A stretch of DNA of 16,658 nt, taken from Fibrobacterota bacterium (GTDB lineage: Bacteria > Fibrobacterota > Fibrobacteria > UBA11236). The translations under genes were made by a program, and so were the position numbers. Location of the stretch: assembly GCA_043753995.1 (NCBI GenBank), contig JAYUVP010000074.1, positions 1 through 16,658 on the forward strand, written 5' to 3'. Shown piece by piece: positions 1-5,960 of this stretch; position 1 is the stretch's first letter; each line of letters begins with the position of its first letter. Under the pieces are notes generated by a model, which searched no databases, had not been told where the DNA came from, and worked only from the letters and a program-made list of their open reading frames with translations.

Positions 1-357
1 GCGGCGGGAATCGAACCCGCGTCCGAAATGCTCGTCTCGAGCGCTCCTACATGCTTTTTTCCTGATTTGAGTCTCGCCCTGATAGTCGCCCTAGGAATCG
101 GCTACTACCGTCGCCAGCCTGTGAATCTCGACTTTTATTGCCAGGCGCAATAATCATCCAGCCTCTAGCGTGCCGATTCCCAAACCGTAGAGGCACCGGC
201 CTGGAAATCGAGGCAACCTAGTGTTTAATTAGGCAGCCATTGCATAAGAGTATGAATCTTCTGCATTTGTGTTTTACCGGTGGTTTTACGAGGCCAACCG
301 GAGACCTCGGCATGCAACTGTCGAACCGCATCATCCCGTCGAAACCGGTGCGCCCCC
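1..357 (-). ncRNA. ssrA: tmRNA (transfer-messenger RNA); about 8 nt of the 3' end lie outside the window
   Basis: Minus strand begins GGGGGCGCACCGGTTTCGACGGG at 357 and ends ...GGACGCGGGTTCGATTCCCGCCGC (T-arm plus part of the acceptor stem) at position 1. Contains an internal tag ORF ending AA-stop. Length about 365 nt. Confidence 0.97.
229..264 (-). other. tmRNA-encoded proteolysis tag reading frame (A)AEDSYSYAMAA*
   Basis: ACAAAT precedes resume codon GCA, then GAA GAT TCA TAC TCT TAT GCA ATG GCT GCC TAA. The C-terminal YAxAA is typical of SsrA tags. Confidence 0.9.
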
Positions 358-402
358 AAGGACTAACTCTCAGGTGCCTGGTCTTTCAAGACTAGCTTAA
401 TC

Positions 403-408
403 AATATA
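403..408 (-). promoter_or_regulatory. Putative -10 element (TATATT) for tmRNA
   Basis: TATATT on the minus strand about 45 nt upstream of the mature 5' end; no clear -35. Confidence 0.4.
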
Positions 409-442
409 ATGCCGAAACCACTAAAGCGCTACCCCCTACCCT

Positions 443-1276
443 TTATCCTTGAAGCAAACCCAATAAATGGGTCCGGCTGATTTGATTGAATTGGCTGATG
501 GCGGCCTGATTGCTTTGCGAGAGAATATTCAGCCGGGTTTCGTCGGTGACAGCCTTGGCCATGTCGACGTCTTGAATTTGCGACAGGCTGCGGGTGGTAT
601 TCACCCATTGGCTATGATTGCTTTCCGAAGCGAATTCCAGTCGGTTATAAAGGGCTCCGCGATCGGCGCGATTGGACGAAACCTTGTTCAGGGCGGAATC
701 CAAATTTTGTAAAGCTTGCTCGGCGCCGCCGGCGCTGGTCAGCGAAGTCCCCGAGGTGCCTAAGGAAGATGTGGAAAGGTCGCTGCTGGAAACCTTGATT
801 TGATCGGAAGTCGATCCACCCGCTCCTACTTGAATGTTTCCGCTACCATCGGCTAGGGGACCTTGGCCATTGAGCAAGGGTTGTCCATTGAAATCCGTGC
901 TTTGTGAAACCCGATCGATTTCTTGCGACAGCGCTTGATATTCTGAATCAATAGCGTATCGCTGATCGTCATTCAAGGTCCCGTTTGAGGCTTGTAGGGC
1001 TAAATCCTTTTGCCTTTGCAACATGTCGCCGATGGCAGAGCTACCTCCATCGGAAATGGCCAAAGCATTCATGCCGGTGTCGATATTATCCGCCGAGCCA
1101 CGCAAAGCCCGGACTTGTTTGTCGAATTCTTGAATGACGGCCGACATGGCGGCATCGTCCGAGGCTCGATTGACGGCCTTGCCGGTAGCCAGTTTTTCCT
1201 GGACCTTGCTTAATTCTTTATGGGTTTTGTTCCATTGGAATACCCCGGATATTCCCTGTGAGTCCCCGATACGCAT
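443..1276 (-). CDS. fliC: Flagellin-family protein, short and divergent (about 277 aa)
   Basis: Flagellin N motifs KLATGKAVNRASDDAA, MLQRQKDLALQASNGT, EIDRVSQSTDFNGQPLL, IQVGA; C motifs RADRGALYNRLE and IQDVDMAK. Start moved to the ATG at 1276 because SD AAGGGGGAG precedes it; a sigma28 promoter lies upstream. Confidence 0.9.
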   Translation of the reverse strand: MRIGDSQGISGVFQWNKTHKELSKVQEKLATGKAVNRASDDAAMSAVIQEFDKQVRALRGSADNIDTGMNALAISDGGSSAIGDMLQRQKDLALQASNGTLNDDQRYAIDSEYQALSQEIDRVSQSTDFNGQPLLNGQGPLADGSGNIQVGAGGSTSDQIKVSSSDLSTSSLGTSGTSLTSAGGAEQALQNLDSALNKVSSNRADRGALYNRLEFASESNHSQWVNTTRSLSQIQDVDMAKAVTDETRLNILSQSNQAAISQFNQISRTHLLGLLQG

Positions 1277-1281
1277 GAGCA

Positions 1282-1318
1282 CTCCCCCTTTGATTCTTTT
1301 CACCTCAGCCATCCTGGC
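1282..1318 (-). promoter_or_regulatory. Putative CsrA/RsmA binding sites in the flagellin 5' UTR
   Basis: GCCAGGAUGGC hairpin with GGA in the loop (1308-1318) and a second GGA inside the SD (1282-1290). Confidence 0.55.
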
Positions 1319-1336
1319 ATGCGAGGCCCTGTTTTT

Positions 1337-1363
1337 TTATCGGCATCTTTGGAAGAAACTTTA
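1337..1363 (-). promoter_or_regulatory. sigma28 (FliA/SigD) promoter of the flagellin gene
   Basis: TAAA-gtttcttccaaagat (15 nt)-GCCGATAA, an exact match to consensus TAAA-N15-GCCGATAA. Confidence 0.93.
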
Positions 1364-1396
1364 GCGCCGCAAAAAGATTTTACTGTTACCCTCCAA

Positions 1397-2212
1397 ATGC
1401 TCGAATTGAAAGCCGTTGCCCTGGATTTGGACGGCACCCTTCTGAATCCTAAGGGTGAAATTTCCACCGATACCCTCGCCTACCTAAAAAAACGCCAAGC
1501 CCAAGGCCTCCAAATCATTTTGGCTTCGGGGCGAATGACGCCACGCATTCAGCCCTTTGCTGAATTGATTGGTCCCCCCATCACCGTGATCGCCTACAAT
1601 GGCGCCAGGGTGGTGCATTGGAATGCCAGTCGCGAGTGGCAAAGCCATTTGGCCTTTCAAATCACTCCGGAAATACGTCGCGCCGTTCTCGACCTTTGTG
1701 AGTCCGAAAATTTGTTTTTGAATATGTATTCCCAAGATCGACTCATGGGCTATCATCCTCGCGGCGATTATTCGGGTTCGCTATTCTATGCATCGCAAAC
1801 CGGCGCCGTCTATGAGGGCTGTTATTCCGAGAAGGCGGCCACGCCCAGCGAGGGGCTTGCCAAATTGCTGGTCATCACCACGCCTGAGAGGCGCGAATCG
1901 CTTTTCGATCAATACCAAGCACAATTCGCTGGGCTGAGCAATGTTATCAAGAGCAATCCAGAATATCTCGAATTCATGCCCCTGCATGTCAATAAGGGCG
2001 CGGCCCTGGAGCATTGGCTAAAGCTTCAGGGCATTGCCCCGGAACAAGTCGCTGCCTTCGGCGATGCCGAAAACGATTTGGAAATGCTGCGCCTGGTCGG
2101 GCATGGAATCGCTGTGGCCAATGCATCACCAGGTCTCAAGCGTGACTATGCTCGCATATCGGCCTTCGCTCACGATGACAATGTCATCGCTCGGGAATTA
2201 TCGGTTTTGTAA
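1397..2212 (+). CDS. Cof-type HAD-IIB family hydrolase (phosphatase)
   Basis: Motif I DLDGTLL, motif II ASGR, VNKG, motif IV GDAENDLEML. The ATG at 1397 is preferred over 1319, which would overlap the flagellin promoter. Confidence 0.93.
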   Translation: MLELKAVALDLDGTLLNPKGEISTDTLAYLKKRQAQGLQIILASGRMTPRIQPFAELIGPPITVIAYNGARVVHWNASREWQSHLAFQITPEIRRAVLDLCESENLFLNMYSQDRLMGYHPRGDYSGSLFYASQTGAVYEGCYSEKAATPSEGLAKLLVITTPERRESLFDQYQAQFAGLSNVIKSNPEYLEFMPLHVNKGAALEHWLKLQGIAPEQVAAFGDAENDLEMLRLVGHGIAVANASPGLKRDYARISAFAHDDNVIARELSVL

Positions 2213-3738
2213 ATCGCCTCATTGCGATCCAAGGTGCGATAGGCTATGGCTTCGGCGACATGCTCGGGACCTATGGGACCGCCGTCTTCTAAATCGGCAA
2301 GGGTGCGAGCCACGCGCTGAATGCGATCGTAAGCGCGCGCGCTAAGGCCCAGAGATTTCATAGCCCGATTCAATAAGCGTTGCGCTTCCGCACCAAGGGG
2401 GGCATGCAAGCGCAAGTCCTCTTGTCGCATCAGGGCATTGCAAGTGATGCCTGCTAGTCCCCGCAAGCGTTCGCTTTGCCTGTCTCTGGCTGTTTGCACG
2501 CGCTGCCTGCGAATGGCTGAATGGTCTCCTGCATTCTCGCCGCGCATGTGGTGAATTTCGACGCGAGGCACTTCGATTTGCAAATCCATGCGATCCAGCA
2601 TGGGGCCGCTAATGCGGCGGCGATAGCGCGCAATATCTTCCTCTCCGCAGGTGCAGGCGCGAATGGAATCCAATAAATACCCGCATGGACAAGGATTCAT
2701 AGCCGCCCCCAGCATAAAGCGACTTGGGAAGCGCACGCTCTGCGCCACACGGGAAATTTGCACATAGCCCTCTTCCAAGGGTTGCCTTAGGCACTCGATG
2801 GCGGAACGCTGAAATTCAGGCCATTCATCAAGGAAAAGTAGGCCATTGTGCGCGAGGCTGACCTCGCCTGGCCGCAACCTCGCACCTCCTCCAATCAGGG
2901 CTTGGGGGCTCGCAGTATGATGCGGTTGGCGAAAAGGCCTATGCTTTAATAGTCCCATGCCTTTGGGAAGCATGCCTGCGCAGCCATAGATTTGGGTCGT
3001 CTCCAGGGCTTCGACATGAGTCATTTCTGGCAATATGCCGGGCAGGCGCTTGGCCATCATGGTTTTGCCACAGCCAGGACTTCCCATTAAAACAAAGTGA
3101 TGTCCTCCAGCGGCGGCGATTTCCAAAGCGCGACAAGCCAAATGCTGGCCTCGTATATCGCTGAAGTCAGGGAATCGTTGTGGCATGGCTTCGGTTGTGG
3201 CAGATGAAATCACCACCGGAAATTGCTCCGGAGCCTGCAAGGCGGCTATGGCCTCAGTTAAATTCGCGGCACCAAGGATGGATACTCCGTCAACGAGTTG
3301 GGCTTCTTCTCCATTTTCTAGGGGAATGAGCAAGCCTCTAGCTGAGCTTTGCTTGGCATGTAGCGCCAGGGTTAGGCAGCCCCGAATTGGTCGCAAAGAT
3401 CCATCGAGGGAAAGCTCTCCCGCGACAATCCAATCCGCAATATTCGGAATACGCACTTGCTCCGATGCTATTAAGAGGCCCAAGGCCATGGGAAGATCGA
3501 GGGAAGATCCTTCCTTTTTCCAATCCGCCGGAGCCAAATTAATGGTGATGCGGCGGGACGGAATGGTAAAGCCCAAATGCTTGATGGCTGCGAAGACCCG
3601 TTCACGGGCTTCCTTGACCGAGGAATCTGGCAATCCCACTAGACTGAAGCCAGGCAGGCCCAAGGTGACATCCACTTCCACGCATATGGGCAAAGGGTCA
3701 ACGCCACGTAAGGAGGCGGATCGAATTATCGCCAGCAA
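2170..3738 (-). CDS. comM: ComM/YifB Mg-chelatase-like AAA+ ATPase
   Basis: VGLPDSSVKEARERV, ITINLAPAD, Walker A GSPGCGKT, RPFRQPHH, PGEVSLAHNGLLFLDE, AMNPCPCG, ISGPMLDRMD, LSARAYDRIQRVARTLADL. Start most likely TTG at 3738 after GGAG (the track gives 3768). Confidence 0.95.
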   Translation of the reverse strand: MLAIIRSASLRGVDPLPICVEVDVTLGLPGFSLVGLPDSSVKEARERVFAAIKHLGFTIPSRRITINLAPADWKKEGSSLDLPMALGLLIASEQVRIPNIADWIVAGELSLDGSLRPIRGCLTLALHAKQSSARGLLIPLENGEEAQLVDGVSILGAANLTEAIAALQAPEQFPVVISSATTEAMPQRFPDFSDIRGQHLACRALEIAAAGGHHFVLMGSPGCGKTMMAKRLPGILPEMTHVEALETTQIYGCAGMLPKGMGLLKHRPFRQPHHTASPQALIGGGARLRPGEVSLAHNGLLFLDEWPEFQRSAIECLRQPLEEGYVQISRVAQSVRFPSRFMLGAAMNPCPCGYLLDSIRACTCGEEDIARYRRRISGPMLDRMDLQIEVPRVEIHHMRGENAGDHSAIRRQRVQTARDRQSERLRGLAGITCNALMRQEDLRLHAPLGAEAQRLLNRAMKSLGLSARAYDRIQRVARTLADLEDGGPIGPEHVAEAIAYRTLDRNEAIYKTDNSRAMTLSS

Positions 3739-3797
3739 ATCAAAGGCTCCCGTCGAAGTGAATTCCAATAGGCTTTAAACTAAGGGCTCTGGGACAC

Positions 3798-3829
3798 AAA
3801 AGGCCCGAGGCCGACATTGGCCTCGAGCC
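3798..3829 (-). terminator. Intrinsic terminator downstream of spoVG
   Basis: Minus strand GGCTCGAGGCC-AATGTC-GGCCTCGGGCC-TTTTG: an 11-bp GC-rich stem followed by a short U-tract. Confidence 0.75.
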
Positions 3830-3868
3830 GAGGTAGGTTGCCCTACCCCGTCCGTACGCGGGTTGAAT

Positions 3869-4153
3869 TTAAAGTGCGGAGACGGTTTGGTATTGATTCA
3901 AAATTTTCTGCGTCATATAGCTGCGCAGAGTTCCAGTGATAGGATGACAAAGATCATATCCTTTACCCTCCTTCTCATTGTACATCCGAGGAAAAGCGAC
4001 AAAGGGCCCGCTCTTTCCTTTGACGATGCGAATGCTGTTCACCACGAATTGTCCATTGAGAACAACCTTGGCGAAGGCCTCCAAACTGCCGCGCTTTTCC
4101 GAGCGGACGGGGGTGATTTGAACTTGGGTGATTTCGATGCCTGCATTTTGCAT
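3869..4153 (-). CDS. spoVG: SpoVG-family nucleic-acid-binding protein
   Basis: EITQVQI..SLEAFAKVVLNGQFVVNSIRIVKGKSGPFVAFP..YDLCHPIT..R..ILNQY matches the SpoVG pattern. SD AAGGAG spacing favours the ATG at 4153 over 4159. Confidence 0.9.
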   Translation of the reverse strand: MQNAGIEITQVQITPVRSEKRGSLEAFAKVVLNGQFVVNSIRIVKGKSGPFVAFPRMYNEKEGKGYDLCHPITGTLRSYMTQKILNQYQTVSAL

Positions 4154-4274
4154 GGTCATCTCCTTGATGTGACGATGTGAGCGGCGGCACTCGATATTGA
4201 AAAAAACTCGCCGCGACTTTCTTGCCGGCTATGCTGACGCATTCACCTATTCAAGTCGGTCGAAACGGAATAAA

Positions 4275-4291
4275 TGCAATCGTCATGCCAA
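4275..4291 (-). promoter_or_regulatory. sigma54 (RpoN) -24/-12 promoter upstream of spoVG
   Basis: TTGGCATGACGATTGCA, with GG (4289-4288) and GC (4277-4276) at canonical spacing; predicted +1 near 4264. Confidence 0.8.
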
Positions 4292-4340
4292 AAGTTTTTC
4301 CGTGTAAAACGAAGCGCAAATCGAATTCTTTGACGAGAGA

Positions 4341-4400
4341 AGTGCAAAGTGGTGCAAACCGATGCAATCAAGTGCAAAGAGGTGAAGGAAGATGCAAAGC
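4341..4400. repeat. Six imperfect 10-bp tandem direct repeats (RRTGCAAANN)
   Basis: agtgcaaagt ggtgcaaacc gatgcaatca agtgcaaaga ggtgaaggaa gatgcaaagc; intergenic, exact 10-nt period. Confidence 0.85.
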
Positions 4401-4418
4401 TTAGTGCCGCACCTTTTT

Positions 4419-5204
4419 TTATAGGCGCGACACTTTATCCAAAAACCATTGCGATCCATCGCTGAGGCGAGCTTCTATCACGGCACGTGTGCCCGTCGCT
4501 TGAACCCAAAATTCTGCTCCCTTGCCTTCGGCGGGCTTGATTTTCACCTGCCAAACGGAAATATCCTTACGTATTTGTGGGGAGCCCTGCACTTCTATGC
4601 GTGCAAACGAAGCTTCTCGAGGCAGGGCCTCGCCTTTGAATACCGGAAGCCACCACACTTCACGCACAAAATCGGGCTTTAATGGCCAATCGCGCAATTC
4701 AAAAAAGGCAGCCTCTTCAAGTAATAAGGGGGCTTTCAGGGAAATGGAGGGCAGGGAATCCGACCCGATCTCAGCCGAAGTAAGTCGATATTGCCCGTCA
4801 AGAAGGCGCAAATCACGCCGATTGATTTTTCCGGGAAGAGCACCACGCATCCAACTGGTCTTCACCATTTTTTCGCCGCGAACATCCCAATGCATATCGC
4901 ATTGCTGTAAGATGCTGGCCTTTTCGCCCTGCAAATTGCGCTGAAGCGAAATGCGAAAACGCTCCGGAGCCTTGCCCTGAGGTTCGGACGTGATATGCAA
5001 AGCTCCGTCTCCTTCCAGGGTAAAACCCTGATAGGGACTTTGCACTTTATAATGCGACCATTCGCTTTGACCGCTGCGCCATATGGCATGCTCTATCAAT
5101 TGATGTCGGCTGGATTTGCTTTCGGTTTCGGCGCCAATCGCAGAAACCCAGGATAAAACCGAGAAAAGGAAAAGGACCCGGCATAGCCGATAGGCGGTAG
5201 GCAT
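4419..5204 (-). CDS. Hypothetical exported protein (261 aa)
   Basis: Long ORF filling the gap between flgM and the spoVG promoter. N-terminal basic plus hydrophobic stretch (RVLFLFSVLSWVSAIGA) resembles a Sec signal peptide. No family recognised with confidence. Confidence 0.75.
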   Translation of the reverse strand: MPTAYRLCRVLFLFSVLSWVSAIGAETESKSSRHQLIEHAIWRSGQSEWSHYKVQSPYQGFTLEGDGALHITSEPQGKAPERFRISLQRNLQGEKASILQQCDMHWDVRGEKMVKTSWMRGALPGKINRRDLRLLDGQYRLTSAEIGSDSLPSISLKAPLLLEEAAFFELRDWPLKPDFVREVWWLPVFKGEALPREASFARIEVQGSPQIRKDISVWQVKIKPAEGKGAEFWVQATGTRAVIEARLSDGSQWFLDKVSRL

Positions 5205-5255
5205 GAACGATTATACGAAGTGGAGACTCCTCATGGGGAGTCCATGGCAAAGGGC

Positions 5256-5561
5256 TTAGCTTTGCAGGCCGAAGTCTTTGAGCAGCTTATCGGCCAACTT
5301 ATCGACGAATTCAGGCGAATTGAAATAACCGCTTTCGACCTTGGCACGAGCCTCTTCCACCTTGTCTGCGCGGACATCGGGCAAGGCGTCTACATGGCTG
5401 CGTACGGTTTCGACTTCCGAAGTGCGGCTCAAATCTTTGCCGCGACTGGAAAGCGATACGGAATCGGAGCGGTTGCTTTTGGTGGTGCGCTCGGCGGGCT
5501 TAGGCCCCGCTGGCTTTTGGGGCTCCGGGCCCGATACTCCACCTATGCCGTCTACTCTCAT
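5256..5561 (-). CDS. flgM: Anti-sigma28 factor FlgM
   Basis: DSVSLSSRG and LPDVRADKVEEARAKVESGYF..LADKLL are FlgM signatures; 101 aa; has its own sigma28 promoter. Confidence 0.92.
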   Translation of the reverse strand: MRVDGIGGVSGPEPQKPAGPKPAERTTKSNRSDSVSLSSRGKDLSRTSEVETVRSHVDALPDVRADKVEEARAKVESGYFNSPEFVDKLADKLLKDFGLQS

Positions 5562-5588
5562 GGTCCTACCTGGATGGTTCTATAGGGT

Positions 5589-5615
5589 ATATCGGCAGTA
5601 TGCTCGGGAACTTGA
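5589..5615 (-). promoter_or_regulatory. sigma28 promoter of flgM
   Basis: TCAA-gttcccgagcatact (15 nt)-GCCGATAT. Confidence 0.85.
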
Positions 5616-5630
5616 ATCCGAATTCAAGCT

Positions 5631-5960
5631 TCAGAGCTTTAATAATTCGGATTCATTATCCACAATCTCAAAAAGCCGATCAATCGATGTCATCTCAAAA
5701 AGGTCATAGATGTCATCGGATAGATTCATCAAAATAAGCTGCCCGGAGGAACCTTTGAGGTCTTGGTGGCAGGTAATGAGCATGCCGACCCCGGAACTAT
5801 CGATAAATCCAACATCGCTCATATTGGCGACGAGGTAGACATGATTTTCCTGAATTGCTTTTTGAACCGCAGCCCGGAATTGGGAGACTTCACTGCCCTT
5901 AATATGGCCAGAAATGTCAAGAATGAGCCATTTTCCGGATGCGCGCTGTCTTATGTCCAT
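5631..5960 (-). CDS. STAS-domain anti-sigma-factor antagonist (SpoIIAA/RsbV/HsbA-like)
   Basis: ILDISGHI, LVANMSDVGFIDSSGVGMLI (phosphorylatable Ser motif intact), IYDLFEMTSIDRLFEI. Start is ATG 5960 or TTG 5969. Confidence 0.92.
   Translation of the reverse strand: MDIRQRASGKWLILDISGHIKGSEVSQFRAAVQKAIQENHVYLVANMSDVGFIDSSGVGMLITCHQDLKGSSGQLILMNLSDDIYDLFEMTSIDRLFEIVDNESELLKL

Noticed and set aside
1..30. tRNA-like T-arm at the window start
   Set aside because: It is the tRNA-like domain of tmRNA; there is no anticodon arm.
405..418. Plus-strand TATAAT and GCCGAAAC as an antisense promoter against the flagellin gene
   Set aside because: No -35 at correct spacing for sigma70 or sigma28; it overlaps the likely tmRNA -10 on the other strand.
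2812..2840. ComM Walker B region reads DEWPEF rather than DELPEF
   Set aside because: The catalytic DE is intact and the following position varies; no evidence of inactivation.
4319..4332. IHF-like site between the repeats and the sigma54 promoter
   Set aside because: Two mismatches to WATCAANNNNTTR; position is plausible but the match is too weak to call.
4341..4400. 10-bp repeats as a CRISPR array or replication iterons
   Set aside because: Units are too short, have no spacers, and no cas or rep genes are nearby.
4352..4410. Plus-strand GCAAACC...GATGCAAAGC resembling a c-di-GMP-I riboswitch
   Set aside because: The GNRA-capped P2 stem is missing, no plus-strand gene lies downstream, and the match is explained by the TGCAAA repeats.
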